Of a stretch of DNA of 64,000 bases, positions 1 through 10,779 are shown piece after piece. Made by a program: the position numbers and the translations under genes. Below the pieces are notes generated by a model that saw only the letters and a list, made by a program, of their open reading frames with translations, was not told where the DNA came from and did not search any database. Within the stretch, counting starts at the first letter, position 1. Every line of letters starts with the position of its first letter. The stretch is from an uncultured Nitrospiraceae bacterium (GTDB lineage: Bacteria > Nitrospirota > Nitrospiria > Nitrospirales > Nitrospiraceae): NCBI GenBank assembly GCA_963730935.1, contig CAVSTP010000004.1, forward strand, positions 1,440,001 to 1,504,000. Reading direction: 5' to 3'.

Positions 1-1
1 C

Positions 2-1255
2 AACCTGAACGCAAGCACCGGCACAATCACTGGAGCGCCGACTGCTACCGGCAGTTTCCCGTTCACCGTTCGCGTCGCCGACACTTTCGGACAGGCGGCT
101 ACGCAAGCGCTTTCCATTCTTGTTAATACATCCAATCCGCCACAGATTACACCCGCCTCGCTGCCAGGTGGAACAGTCGGTATGGCGTACGGTCCGACGA
201 CGTTACACACAACCGGAGGCAATGGCACACTTACCTGGAGTATTTCTGCGGGATCGCTCCCACCGGGTCTCACGATGTCCCCCTCAACTGGATCCAGTGT
301 AACCATTTCAGGCACTCCAACCAGTCAAGGAACCTTCAACTTCACGGTGAAGGTCACCGACTCGTTGGGTCAATCTGACACTCAGGATCTGTCGATTACC
401 GTAAGCCCGGCACCTCCCCCCCTCTCAATTACCACAACTTCGCTCCCCGCCGGACCGATCGGTCAACCCTACAGCCAGACCTTGCAGGCGACTGGAGGGA
501 CTGGAGCGCGGACCTGGAGCATCTCCGCAGGGACACTGCCAGCGGGCCTGAAGTTGGATGCGACGACCGGTGCGATTGCAGGAACGCCGATCCTGCCAGC
601 AGGCACATCGTCGTTTACCGTCCGGGTGCAAGACGCAGGGGGACAATCGGACACGCAAGCGCTGTCGATCCTGATCAACGCATTCAACCCGCCGGATATC
701 ACGACCACCACGCTTCCGGCAGGAACTGTCGGTCAGGCCTACAATCAGACGCTGCAAGCAATGGGAGGCGTAGGGACACTCGTCTGGACTCTTGCTGGTG
801 GATCGCTCCCAGCGATGCTCTCCCTAAGCCCGGCTGGTGTGATTTCAGGCACTCCGACCACTGCAGGAATCGCGAATTTCACCGTGCGAGTCACAGACTC
901 GTTGGGTCAAACTGACACGCAAGCGCTGTCGATCCTGATCAACCCTGCCGCGCCACCACCTAACCCGCCTCGTATCACGACGACCACGCTGCCGGATGGA
1001 ATCGTCGGTCAACCCTATAATCAGACGCTACAAGCGACGGGAGGCACCGGGGCACTCAAGTGGAGTCTCTCCGGTGGTTCGCTGCCGGCGATGCTTTCGC
1101 TGAGTCCAGCTGGTGTCATTTCAGGCACGCCGACCAATGCAGGAAACTCGAATTTCACAGTACAAGTCACAGACTCATTGAATCAGTCCGACACGCAGGC
1201 TCTCTCGATCGACGTCAGCGCGGCCAATGAGGGGCCAGGTAAGGGGAAAAAGTGA
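2..1255 (+). CDS. Putative Ig-domain (He_PIG/cadherin-like) repeat surface protein, 5' end outside window
   Basis: Frame is open from base 2 (NLNASTGTITGAPT...) into ORF 182..1255. It has about 4.5 tandem ~90-aa repeats of ITTTxLPxGxVGxxYxQTLQATGG...WS...GSLP...ISGTP...FTVxVxD. Confidence 0.85.
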   Translation, partial: NLNASTGTITGAPTATGSFPFTVRVADTFGQAATQALSILVNTSNPPQITPASLPGGTVGMAYGPTTLHTTGGNGTLTWSISAGSLPPGLTMSPSTGSSVTISGTPTSQGTFNFTVKVTDSLGQSDTQDLSITVSPAPPPLSITTTSLPAGPIGQPYSQTLQATGGTGARTWSISAGTLPAGLKLDATTGAIAGTPILPAGTSSFTVRVQDAGGQSDTQALSILINAFNPPDITTTTLPAGTVGQAYNQTLQAMGGVGTLVWTLAGGSLPAMLSLSPAGVISGTPTTAGIANFTVRVTDSLGQTDTQALSILINPAAPPPNPPRITTTTLPDGIVGQPYNQTLQATGGTGALKWSLSGGSLPAMLSLSPAGVISGTPTNAGNSNFTVQVTDSLNQSDTQALSIDVSAANEGPGKGKK

Positions 1256-1589
1256 ATAGCATGGGTAGAACCTTCGACAGAAAGAACCCATTAGAGTGCA
1301 TCCTTAACAGCCGTTTGTCGCTCAATACTCCCCCTTAGGTCCCAGTTCGTGGATTAAGTCACTCTCCGTGAAAGACCCGATCCTTTGGGCCATTGTCTCG
1401 TATCCAGCCAAATCAGGATAAGTTTCAGAACATCTTGTCCCGACCAACGGACAAAGTGGGCGGAATCGCGGCCAGGTCCGGGTATTCATGATCGCATCTC
1501 CTTGATTCCTGAGAACATCTTCGTCAACCCCTTAGGCTTCAGAAACGGGCCTGACGCTTGCACTACTTCAGAAAATTGAGGAGGAACCC

Positions 1590-1790
1590 ATGTATACACA
1601 TATGCTATTGGCTATGACCGCTGTGCTGATCAGTTTGGTTTCAGGCTGTACGACGGAAAAGCACTATGACGCTCCACCGCCGACGGTCATTCACGAGGAT
1701 AATAGGTCATCTGCCCCGGATGCACGTTCGGAAGCGCGGGAGGGGGCCCGTCAGGGGGCACGCGAAGGCGCTTACGACTCAGTCAGATAG
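1590..1790 (+). CDS. Small lipoprotein
   Basis: GAGGAGG RBS, hydrophobic signal and VSGC lipobox. Confidence 0.7.
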   Translation: MYTHMLLAMTAVLISLVSGCTTEKHYDAPPPTVIHEDNRSSAPDARSEAREGARQGAREGAYDSVR

Positions 1791-2199
1791 AAACGACCGA
1801 GCCAAACGCGAGCTGGTTTCTGAGGCTTCATCTCCAGCCCATGATTAACTTGGTTCGGCGAAGCCGTTCTGACGGCTGGGAGCAGGTTCGTAACACAACG
1901 GTCGTGCAATGCCCACACTATACCCCAGGCATCGCACGGGGTTGTAATTGTCACCCTCTAGGGCACTCCTAGTGTCGGACAAATAAAGCCGGTAGGGGGT
2001 GCCCTCCCCCAAACTTATTTTTACCCGTGGCCAGCCGCAGTAACCCCTTATAATCCCCGCGGGTATGATGCCCCGGGCCCGGTCCACCCGGAACTGGTCA
2101 CATTCGCAAGATCGTCGAGCAGTGCCTTGAACCGTCCGATGGCATTCGGCAGAAAGGCGTCAAGCTGATTCGCATGCTTGCGGGACCCGTTGAGCCTCT

Positions 2200-2277
2200 G
2201 CTTGCGTCACCGCATCGTGCTTCGTCGCTGACTTCGGTTTGCTGGGTGCTTTTCCTTGCGTGGACGGCGGCGATCAT
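2200..2277 (-). pseudogene. Remnant N-terminus of a serine recombinase/resolvase
   Basis: MIAAVHARKSTQQTEVSDEAR followed by an out-of-frame (S)VTR-like tract. This resembles the IYARxSTxxQ...SxxRQ catalytic start of serine recombinases, with no continuation. Confidence 0.55.
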
Positions 2278-2302
2278 CAGGCGGACCCCTTCCCTCAGCG
2301 TG

Positions 2303-2800
2303 CTAGTTGACGGTAAGAAAATCACTGGCAAATTGTTTTATTAGGGGCTCAACCACCTCGGTAACTCGATCTGTTATTTGCTGACCGATCATTGCAACCT
2401 GTACTCTGTTCCATGTACGCGCGGACATTTTTTGCTCCGGTCTGTTCAGCAATGACACTGCCTGGTGGAGTTCAACTTCTATGGCTAAACAATAGGTTTC
2501 CGCACTGCTGTGCTTGAGGGGGTTCACCTTCACGTAAAGAAAGGGTGCGGAGGGGGTCTGGAGTCGTTCTGATGCACTGAGAATCCTTACCCCGTTAGAC
2601 TGAAGAACCTGTTCGACGCTTGTGCGAATCGCATCCCGTGAAAAGCCAGCAGCTTCTTCCTCTGACAAAAATGTCTCTACGATAACCTCTACCCCAGGGA
2701 GCCTGCGTAGTGATTCACGGTCCTCAACCCGCCCTGCTCGCGCGGCGCTGGTGTCGAGGTGACTCAGAACCATCAAAGCCAAAATCAGGACATATCGCAT
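2303..2800 (-). CDS. Exported hypothetical protein, paralog of 30575..31084
   Basis: Signal peptide. ESLRRLPGVEVIVE...GFSRDAIRTSVE..L...GVRILS...YCLAIEV aligns by eye with ETLRGLPGVRLIVE...GLTKDLVRTTAE..L...GIRLLS...YCVEV. Confidence 0.7.
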   Translation of the reverse strand: MRYVLILALMVLSHLDTSAARAGRVEDRESLRRLPGVEVIVETFLSEEEAAGFSRDAIRTSVEQVLQSNGVRILSASERLQTPSAPFLYVKVNPLKHSSAETYCLAIEVELHQAVSLLNRPEQKMSARTWNRVQVAMIGQQITDRVTEVVEPLIKQFASDFLTVN

Positions 2801-3051
2801 GACATTTCCTTTGCGCTGCTCGGTGGAGGTTCTGGCGTAAATGGCGGCGGGCATCGCAATTGATCCTCCTCATGGGTGACATCCAGGAACATGCACTGCG
2901 TCTCATCGCCACTTTTCAACATCGAGAATCGGGCCTTTCCATTGGCCAACTAAGCTCCGTAGGCCCCTCTGCTCGGGACTGTCTATAGCCACTACGGCCA
3001 GTTCGCGTCTGGATAGTTGCTCCCGGCTCGGTGGGGGTATTCTATAGGTTA

Positions 3052-4701
3052 TTAGAAAGTAAACGGCAACGCCTGCAGCCGCTTGGTCAGTCGCAGATTT
3101 TCGCCATCATCAACAGGACAATCGATCACAGCCGGCACGTCGCGCTGCAAGGCATCCTCGAGGATTGGACGGAGTTCCGCAGCCTCCGTTACGCGATAGC
3201 CGGCGGCCCCAAAACTCTCCGCATAGCGCACGAAATCCGGATTGCCGAAATCCACCGACGAGGTTCGGCCGAAACGAATTTGCTGCTTCCAGCGAATGAC
3301 GCCGTATCCATTGTCCCGCCAGATCAGGATGACCAGCGGGAGCTTCAGCCGGACCGCCGTCTCCAGCTCCTGGGAATTCATCATGAATCCTCCGTCTCCT
3401 GTCACCGCAACCACTCGGCGCTGCGGATACAAGAGCTTCGCTGCAATCGCGCCCGGCACGGCAATCCCCATGGCGGCGAATCCGTTGGAAATGATGCAGG
3501 AGTTGGGCGTCTCGCAGGGAAACATTCTGGCCATCCAAAGCTTATGGGCACCCACGTCGCACACCACCACATCATCGTCCCTGAGAGCAGCACGCAGATC
3601 GCGCATGATGTGCTGCGGGCGCATCGGCCAAGACGGAGGACCAGCGAGCTCAGTCTCGAACCCATCGGTGACCGTCTTCCTGGCCTGCCGGGCCCATGAC
3701 GAGTCGAAGGACGAGGAAGAGAGGTGCTCCTGGATCAGCGGCAGCGACAAGCGCAGATCGCCCAGCTCTCCCACATCGACGATGTAATGCTCGTCCACCT
3801 CGGCCGGCAAGCCGTCCACGTGGACAATATGTTTGTCCCTGCGTGGATTCCAGAAGCAGGGCGCGTACTCCACAAAGTCATAGCCGATGGCCAGGACCGC
3901 ATCGGCCTGCTCCATTACCACCGCGGCATAGTCCCGCGCGGTAAGCCCCAGCGTATGGAGCGATAGAGGATCGCTGTCGGGCATCACGCCCTTGGCCATG
4001 AAGGTCTGCAGCACGGGAATCTGGAAGGCCCGGGCAAAGCTTCTCACCACTTCGGAGGCGTCCCTACGGATCACGCCATTTCCAGCAAGAATGACCGGAC
4101 GCTTCGCGCCTGAAATGGCACGCACGGCGCGCTGCACTTGGGAGGGCGACGGCTCCGGCATGACCGGCGCTTGCACGGCAAGCGGTCTCAGTGCGGCCTC
4201 ATCGAAGATCGAGTCGGCCACATCTTCGGGCAATTCCAGATGCGTCGCACCCGGCTTTTCTGTTTGGGCGATTTTAAAGGCCTTGCGCACGGCCTCAGGA
4301 ATGACGTCGGCACTCGGGATCGAGGCATTCCACTTGGTGACCGGCTTGAACATCGCCATCACATCAATGTACTGGTGGGACTCTTTATGGCGGCGGTTCA
4401 GAGAGGCTTGTCCCGTGATAGTCACCAGCGGAGCGTGATCGAGGTAGGCGTCGGCAACGCCCGTCAACAGATTGGTCGCGCCCGGCCCCAACGTCGAAAA
4501 GCACACGCCCGCCTGTCCGCTGAGCCGGCCGTACACATCCGCCATGAACGCTGCGGCTTGTTCATGCCGCGTGGCGACGACCTGGATCCGCGCATCCACC
4601 AAGGCATCGGTGAGTGCCAGCGTTTCCTCTCCGGGCACGCCAAAGATGAAACGCACGCCCTCGTGTTCCAGACACCGCACCAGCAACGTCGCCGCATTCA
4701 T
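3052..4701 (-). CDS. Acetolactate synthase large subunit (TPP-dependent)
   Basis: FGVPGEE, RHEQAAAFMA, TLGPGATN and the TPP motif GDGGFMMNSQE...DNGYG. Confidence 0.93.
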   Translation of the reverse strand: MNAATLLVRCLEHEGVRFIFGVPGEETLALTDALVDARIQVVATRHEQAAAFMADVYGRLSGQAGVCFSTLGPGATNLLTGVADAYLDHAPLVTITGQASLNRRHKESHQYIDVMAMFKPVTKWNASIPSADVIPEAVRKAFKIAQTEKPGATHLELPEDVADSIFDEAALRPLAVQAPVMPEPSPSQVQRAVRAISGAKRPVILAGNGVIRRDASEVVRSFARAFQIPVLQTFMAKGVMPDSDPLSLHTLGLTARDYAAVVMEQADAVLAIGYDFVEYAPCFWNPRRDKHIVHVDGLPAEVDEHYIVDVGELGDLRLSLPLIQEHLSSSSFDSSWARQARKTVTDGFETELAGPPSWPMRPQHIMRDLRAALRDDDVVVCDVGAHKLWMARMFPCETPNSCIISNGFAAMGIAVPGAIAAKLLYPQRRVVAVTGDGGFMMNSQELETAVRLKLPLVILIWRDNGYGVIRWKQQIRFGRTSSVDFGNPDFVRYAESFGAAGYRVTEAAELRPILEDALQRDVPAVIDCPVDDGENLRLTKRLQALPFTF

Positions 4702-4724
4702 CAGACCGCTGCTCCTTTATTGGG

Positions 4725-5185
4725 CCACCAAGCTTGCTCGTTCTTTCTACGAGGCAGGGCTGATTGGTCTCTCACTGCGCAAACCTTCTCACCCGCCCAG
4801 ACCCCGCACAATCCTTTTCACCCACCGATCACCGATTGCTTTGCAATCGTTTACCCGGGACGTACGCTTTGCCCATGCGAGCACCGCCTATCAATGATCC
4901 CTCCAAGCTTGCTTGTTCATTCCCTCAAGAAGCAGCCTGGATCAGTCCAAACGTGCGCGCGTCTTCTCCTCAAGGGATGGAGGCTGATTCGTCTCCAACT
5001 GCGCGCTTCGACGAGCACCGCCTGTCTAAAAATACGATGGGTCTCGTGTGCGCGTTCGGCGAGCAAGAGAGACCAACGGTCCTCGTCGCCCTGCGCTTGG
5101 TGTGGTCGAGCCGAAGCTTGGAGCGCAAGACGCCGTCTTCGCTACCCAGGCTCCACCCATCGACGGAGCGGAGGCAACCATCCAC
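4725..5185. repeat. Modular intergenic repeat (core x2 plus modules C, B, D)
   Basis: CCAAGCTTGCT(C/T)GTT cores at ~4728 and ~4902. The segment CCTTTTCACCCACCGA..CCGATTGCTTTGCAATCGTTTACCCGGGACG is shared with 38520 and with 56065 (reverse complement). Confidence 0.85.
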
Positions 5186-5188
5186 CTC

Positions 5189-5491
5189 TCACAGAATGAC
5201 CTCGCAGGGCTGCAGAAAGACTTTGAGCGGGACCTCTTCGCCATGGTTGGCGTCAATCAACTTCACATAGAGCTGCTTCACCGCATCGGCCAGCGCCGGT
5301 ACCTCCTGATCCTCGACGGCGAGCATGAACGAGACGTTCCGATCCGTCCAGGCATGCTCCGAGACGGACCCCGTCTGTCCCTTCCCGCCCAGCCCGGAGG
5401 CCACGGTGTAGCCTTTGACGTTGAGCTCGGCCAACAGGCGGCGTACGTTGGCCTCCAACGCATCGCGGCAGATAATGGTCAGCATCTTCAT
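5189..5491 (-). CDS. P-II-like (GlnB superfamily) small protein
   Basis: MKMLTIIC...KGYTVASGLGGKGQTG pattern. Paralog at 21259..21564. Confidence 0.75.
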   Translation of the reverse strand: MKMLTIICRDALEANVRRLLAELNVKGYTVASGLGGKGQTGSVSEHAWTDRNVSFMLAVEDQEVPALADAVKQLYVKLIDANHGEEVPLKVFLQPCEVIL

Positions 5492-5559
5492 GGCTTCGAC
5501 TTCTCCTCGTACAAACTGTGAGACACGCACAACGATCGGTACCCGTTGGATGACCGTAT

Positions 5560-6111
5560 TTATCCTGATGCCGAGAGGCCTGCTTTCTCAACATCCACTG
5601 ACCCCATGAACGCCTCAAAGTGCGACTGCAACCCATAGGCGCCGTACAAGACTTCGAGATCTTTCATCACGCGTCCCACCGAGGCGACGAGTTGCGCTTC
5701 TTCTCGTTTCACCTGGAACCGCAGTCGAGAAACTTCAATGGCACGGCGTACGGCGAACAATAACGTGCTTTCCTCGAGGGGTTTCACCAACACGTCATAG
5801 GCACCCGCGTCCATCGCCTGCCGAAAGAGGTCTTCCTGATGTTTTTCGACCAGAAGCAGCACCGGGCATTCGGGATGAATTTTTTGTACAGCCCGGACAA
5901 AGCCGATGCCTTCGAGGCGGGGCTGGTGTGCGTCACACAGAATGGCCGAATAGTCCATCGACCTGATCCGCTCCAAAGACGTCAGGACGGTGTCGGCCGT
6001 GTCGATGTGCGCCTGTGGAAGCTTGAGACGCAAGGTCGAAGACAGGGTATTGAGGAGATGAGGATCGTCTTCAATGATAAGGACACGAGAGGGTTGCATG
6101 GTCGTTCCCAT
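5560..6111 (-). CDS. Response regulator receiver-domain protein
   Basis: RVLIIEDD, ILCD and GAYDVLVKP receiver motifs plus a short C-terminal helix. Confidence 0.85.
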   Translation of the reverse strand: MGTTMQPSRVLIIEDDPHLLNTLSSTLRLKLPQAHIDTADTVLTSLERIRSMDYSAILCDAHQPRLEGIGFVRAVQKIHPECPVLLLVEKHQEDLFRQAMDAGAYDVLVKPLEESTLLFAVRRAIEVSRLRFQVKREEAQLVASVGRVMKDLEVLYGAYGLQSHFEAFMGSVDVEKAGLSASG

Positions 6112-6312
6112 AAGAAAGATGTGTATGATTCAACGTCCCGCTCTCGAGGCAGGTATGCCGTGGCACACGCGCGTCCGAGTTTGCGGCTGAGTCGAAGGCA
6201 AGGCGATGACTATTGCACCCGCCAACTTGTGTGTCATTATATGATAGTTTGTGCTGAGAGTGTCCGAGACAATTTTAAGGAACCTCACGGGAGGTAAAGA
6301 GAGCGCAGCCCT

Positions 6313-8460
6313 ATGAGAATCTGGCCTGGGAGTCCCTATCCGTTGGGAGCCACGTGGGACGGCGAAGGAGTGAATTTCGCGCTGTTCTCTGAAAATGCGA
6401 CGGCCGTGGAGCTCTGTCTCTTCGGGAGATCGGACAGCCCTCTGGAGACGCACCGCATTCGGATCGAAGAATGCACTGACTTCGTCTGGCACGTCTACCT
6501 ACCCGAGATACGGCCCGGACAACTCTATGGCTACCGTGTCCACGGCCTGTACGACCCGGAAGTCGGCCTCCGATTCAACCCATCCAAGGTCCTGATCGAT
6601 CCGTACGCGAAGGCGATTGCCGGCAATATCGACTGGTCGGACGCGCTGTTCGGGTACCGGATCGGTGATCCGAAGGCCGACCTCTCCCTCGACGATCGGG
6701 ATAACGCCGGCTTCATACCCAAATGTGTCGTCGTCGACCAAGCGTTCACCTGGGGCGGCGACCAACTGTTGCGGACGGCGTGGGATCGGACGGTAATCTA
6801 CGAAGTGCATGTGCACGGATATACCGCGCGACACCCGGATGTCCCCAAGCACCTGCGCGGCACCTATGCCGGACTCGCGACGCCGGAAGTGATCGAGCAT
6901 CTGCAGCAGGTGGGTGTCACCGCCGTCGAACTTTTACCGGTCCATCACTTCATCCGCGACCATCACCTGATCGAGCGCGGTCTCACCAATTATTGGGGCT
7001 ATAACTCGATCGGGTTTTTCGCGCCGGACATTCGCTATGCGACCTCGTCGGATAGCGCCCACCATGTCTGGGAGTTCAAGACGATGGTCAAGGCGCTCCA
7101 CAACGCGGGCATCGAGGTCATCCTCGACGTGGTGTACAACCATACCGGAGAAGGCAATCACCTGGGCCCGACGCTGTCGTTTCGCGGGATCGACAACGCC
7201 TCGTACTATCGGCTGGTCCCCGACCACCCGCGCTACTATCAGGACTACACCGGCTGCGGCAACACGCTGAACGTCCGCCATCCCCGGGTCCTGCAACTCA
7301 TCATGGACAGCCTGCGATACTGGGTGCTCGAAATGCATGTGGACGGCTTCCGATTCGATCTCGCCTCCACGCTGGCGAGGGAGCTGCACGACGTGGACCG
7401 GCTCAGCGCGTTTTTCGACATCATTCATCAAGATCCGGTGCTCTCCCAAGTGAAACTGATCGCCGAACCCTGGGACTTGGGAGAAGGCGGCTACCAGGTC
7501 GGCAACTTTCCGGCTGGTTGGGCCGAGTGGAACGGCCGGTATCGCGACGCCATCCGGCGCTATTGGAAAGGCGACGGGGGGCAAGTGGCGGAGCTGGCCT
7601 ATCGGCTGTCCGGAAGCAGCGATCTCTACGAAGCAGGCGGCCGCCGGCCCCATGCGAGCATTAATTTCGTCACGGCGCACGACGGATTCCCCTTGCACGA
7701 TCTCGTCTCGTACAACCAGAAGCACAACGAAGCCAACGGGGAGGAAAACCGTGACGGCACGGACGACAATCTCAGCTGGAACTGCGGCGTGGAGGGACCG
7801 ACAACGAAGCCGTCGATCGTGGCACTGCGGGAACGACAGAAGCGCAACATGCTCGCCACGTTGCTCTTGTCACAAGGGGTCCCGATGCTCTGCGGCGGCG
7901 ACGAAATGGGGCGGACACAACATGGCAATAACAACGCGTATTGCCAGGACAGTGAGATCAGCTGGGTGGACTGGACGCTCAACAAACCGCAGCAGGCGCT
8001 CCTGACCTTCACCAGGGGCCTCATCGCGCTGCGGCAGAAACATCCGGTGTTCCGGCGCCGCCGGTTCTTCCAAGGCCGCCGTATCCGCGGGACGGAAGTC
8101 AAAGATCTCTACTGGCTGCGCCCCGACGGAAAAGAGATGACGGATGAGGACTGGGCCCTAGGCTATGTCCGCTGTCTGGGCGTCCGGTTGGCCGGCGACG
8201 CAATGGACGAGAAAGACTCAAAGGGAAAACCACTTCAGGACGAAACCTTCCTCGTGCTGCTCAACGCGCACCACGAGCCCAGGCCATTTACGCTGCCCGC
8301 GCACAAGCGCGGCGTACGATGGCAACCGGTGTTTGACACCGCCCTCTATGACAAGAACGGAAAGCCAGTCACGCTCTTGAGGGGGGGAGATCAGTATGAT
8401 CTCGAAGCCCGCTCACTCGCCGTGCTCCGCTTGCGACCCAAACAGTCCCCCGTCCCATAA
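6313..8460 (+). CDS. glgX: Glycogen debranching enzyme
   Basis: [49 protein letters not shown] and GNNNAYCQD. Confidence 0.97.
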   Translation: MRIWPGSPYPLGATWDGEGVNFALFSENATAVELCLFGRSDSPLETHRIRIEECTDFVWHVYLPEIRPGQLYGYRVHGLYDPEVGLRFNPSKVLIDPYAKAIAGNIDWSDALFGYRIGDPKADLSLDDRDNAGFIPKCVVVDQAFTWGGDQLLRTAWDRTVIYEVHVHGYTARHPDVPKHLRGTYAGLATPEVIEHLQQVGVTAVELLPVHHFIRDHHLIERGLTNYWGYNSIGFFAPDIRYATSSDSAHHVWEFKTMVKALHNAGIEVILDVVYNHTGEGNHLGPTLSFRGIDNASYYRLVPDHPRYYQDYTGCGNTLNVRHPRVLQLIMDSLRYWVLEMHVDGFRFDLASTLARELHDVDRLSAFFDIIHQDPVLSQVKLIAEPWDLGEGGYQVGNFPAGWAEWNGRYRDAIRRYWKGDGGQVAELAYRLSGSSDLYEAGGRRPHASINFVTAHDGFPLHDLVSYNQKHNEANGEENRDGTDDNLSWNCGVEGPTTKPSIVALRERQKRNMLATLLLSQGVPMLCGGDEMGRTQHGNNNAYCQDSEISWVDWTLNKPQQALLTFTRGLIALRQKHPVFRRRRFFQGRRIRGTEVKDLYWLRPDGKEMTDEDWALGYVRCLGVRLAGDAMDEKDSKGKPLQDETFLVLLNAHHEPRPFTLPAHKRGVRWQPVFDTALYDKNGKPVTLLRGGDQYDLEARSLAVLRLRPKQSPVP

Positions 8461-8534
8461 AAACGAGGGGGGATGGATCAGTCTGGTCAGTCCTTGTGCT
8501 CGCGAAAGGGTCAGCGGTTGGACATGTAACCACT

Positions 8535-8797
8535 GCCCCCGCGATGGGTGAAACCGCACGGCTCCGCCGCTGCTCGGCTCCGCAACTCGGTCCGTCCTGG
8601 ACTTCGTCCGAACGGACCATCGAACAGTGCGTCTCGCCATCGATAAAGATCGACCGCAGCAGCGGCGCCGTCCATCCCTCGCAAGTCGCAGGTGGTTCCA
8701 CGTCCAACCGATGGAAAACAGACAGCATGCGCGCACATTTGGACTGATCCACGCTGCTCCTTATGGGAAGGAGCAAGCGAGCTTGGAAGGATCACTT
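8535..8797 (+). repeat. Modular intergenic repeat, module A plus core
   Basis: GCGATGGGTGAAACCGCA...GGCTCCGCAACT.GGTCCGTCC...CGAACAGTGCGTCTCGCCATCG...CAAGCGAGCTTGGAAGGATCA, shared with 24080, 27750, 42125, 55940 and 59855. Confidence 0.88.
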
Positions 8798-8916
8798 GTA
8801 AGTCGGTGCTCGCATGGGCTAAGCGAAAGGCACCGAGAATTAGATGAGGGATTTGACTAGTCTGGACGGATCGCGGACGATGCTAAGACTGAACCAGGAG
8901 TTTTACGGAGGGGCCC

Positions 8917-10470
8917 ATGAGTGAGAGCGGCGGAGGGGCGCTACCTGGCCCCGATCTAGGCACAGATGGAGCGGCATCGAGCGAACTCCGCGACGGAGGC
9001 GTGTTCCTCGGCCACTTTAATGGAGAACCGGTGCTGCTGGTACGCAAGGGCACGGCCGTGCATGCCATGGGAGCCAAGTGCACGCACTATGGGGGCCCTC
9101 TGGCCGAAGGTCTGTTCGATGGATCGACCGTTCGCTGTCCTTGGCATCACGCCTGTTTTCGACCCGAAACGGGAGAAGCCGTTCATGCTCCGGCCATCGA
9201 TCCAGTGCCCTGTTATACGGTTGAGCACCGTGGCGGCCGCCTGTTTGTGACAGGGACGACATCCCAGCCTGCTGCCCCTGCTCTGTCCACCTCTGTCCCG
9301 TCATCCGTCGTCATTGTGGGAGGTGGGGCGGCCGGATTTGCCGCCGCTGAGATGCTCAGGCGCCGGGGCTATCAACAACCGGTGACCATCATCTCGGCCG
9401 ATGAAGACGGTCCTTATGACCGCCCGAATATTTCGAAGGATTATTTGGCCGGCAACGCCCCGGAAGAATGGATTCCGCTCCGGCCACCTGATTGGTACCA
9501 GAAGACCAGAGTCGATCTGCTCACGAGCCGGCGAGTGGTCAGACTCCTTCCCGACAAGCGCTCGGTCGAGCTCGACGACGGCCGCCATCTCGAATACGGA
9601 GCCTTATTGCTCGCAACCGGCGCATCGCCGATCAGGCTGGATGTTCCTGGCGCCCAATTGCCGCACGTCCACTATCTCCGGACCTTGGGAGACAGCCGCA
9701 CGATCATCGAGCGCGCGACACGGGCGCGACGCGCGGTGATTGTCGGTGCCAGTTTTATCGGATTGGAGGTCGCGGCTTCCCTCCGGACGAGGAACCTCGA
9801 CGTGCACGTGGTGGCACCAGAGGAGATTCCCATGCAACGGGTGCTCGGCGACGAGCTAGGCCGATTCGTACGCGGGCTGCATGAGCAACATGGCGTGCAG
9901 TTCCACCTGGGACAGACCGTCGCGTCGATCGCCGAGCAATCCATCACGATGAAGAACGGGACGAAGCTTGATGCCGACCTGGTGGTCGTGGGAATTGGTG
10001 TCCGACCGAATATGGAATTGGCTAAGCAAGCTGGGTTGGCAGTCGATGGCGGTGTCCAGGTGGATGAATACTTGCGCACGAACGTGCCCGAGATATGGGC
10101 CGCCGGCGACATCGCACGCTGGCCGGACCGCTACACCGGCACATCCATACGGGTCGAGCATTGGGTCGTGGCCGAACAGCATGGTCAAGCCGCCGCACGA
10201 AACATCTTGGGTGCCAATCAGCCGTACGCCATCGTTCCCTTTTTCTGGAGCGCCCATTACGACGTGACGATCGGCTACGTGGGCTTTGCGCACGAATGGG
10301 ATGACGTCAGCGTGATAGGAAGCATCGCGGATCGCGATTGCTTGGTCGCCTATCGCAAGAACGGAAAAACCCTGGCGGTGGCTTCCGTGAACCGCGATGC
10401 CGAGTCCCTGCGGATACAGGTTGCGATGGAGCGCGGCGATGTCGCCGCAGTTGAGGCCTCTCTTCGGTGA
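8917..10470 (+). CDS. Rieske 2Fe-2S / FAD-dependent pyridine nucleotide oxidoreductase (AIF/ferredoxin reductase-like)
   Basis: CTH...CPWH Rieske motif, then GGGAAG, YDRP, LLATG, GASFIGLE and AAGD. Confidence 0.93.
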   Translation: MSESGGGALPGPDLGTDGAASSELRDGGVFLGHFNGEPVLLVRKGTAVHAMGAKCTHYGGPLAEGLFDGSTVRCPWHHACFRPETGEAVHAPAIDPVPCYTVEHRGGRLFVTGTTSQPAAPALSTSVPSSVVIVGGGAAGFAAAEMLRRRGYQQPVTIISADEDGPYDRPNISKDYLAGNAPEEWIPLRPPDWYQKTRVDLLTSRRVVRLLPDKRSVELDDGRHLEYGALLLATGASPIRLDVPGAQLPHVHYLRTLGDSRTIIERATRARRAVIVGASFIGLEVAASLRTRNLDVHVVAPEEIPMQRVLGDELGRFVRGLHEQHGVQFHLGQTVASIAEQSITMKNGTKLDADLVVVGIGVRPNMELAKQAGLAVDGGVQVDEYLRTNVPEIWAAGDIARWPDRYTGTSIRVEHWVVAEQHGQAAARNILGANQPYAIVPFFWSAHYDVTIGYVGFAHEWDDVSVIGSIADRDCLVAYRKNGKTLAVASVNRDAESLRIQVAMERGDVAAVEASLR

Positions 10471-10502
10471 CGGTAAGAGGATCAACCATTCCTGTCCGAT
10501 GA

Positions 10503-10718
10503 CTAACGGGACACAGGCTCGGGCTCAGGATGGTTCAGAGACTGAAATAGTGTCGAGGTATTGAAGCGATGAGCGGGATTCAATGGATGATCCACCTGAA
10601 CGCTCTTATTGTGAGTGTTCCGATATGCCCTGAGAGCTGCTTGCACGACACGCAGAAGAAATTCGGTTTCGTTCTCGGCTCGGGGAACTTCAAAGACGAC
10701 TATGGACGACGACATCAA
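10503..10718 (-). CDS. Hypothetical protein
   Basis: 71-aa ORF with an upstream AGGAGG RBS. Confidence 0.45.
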   Translation of the reverse strand: MMSSSIVVFEVPRAENETEFLLRVVQAALRAYRNTHNKSVQVDHPLNPAHRFNTSTLFQSLNHPEPEPVSR

Positions 10719-10779
10719 ACCTCCTGATTATGTGTGAATGACACCGGCGACTCCCGAATGTTCTGACACGCATGGAGCA

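Noticed and set aside
1955..2095. G/C-run and hairpin-rich tract as a phage cos/att or replication site
   Set aside because: Suggestive next to the recombinase stubs, but no phage genes or second copy support it.
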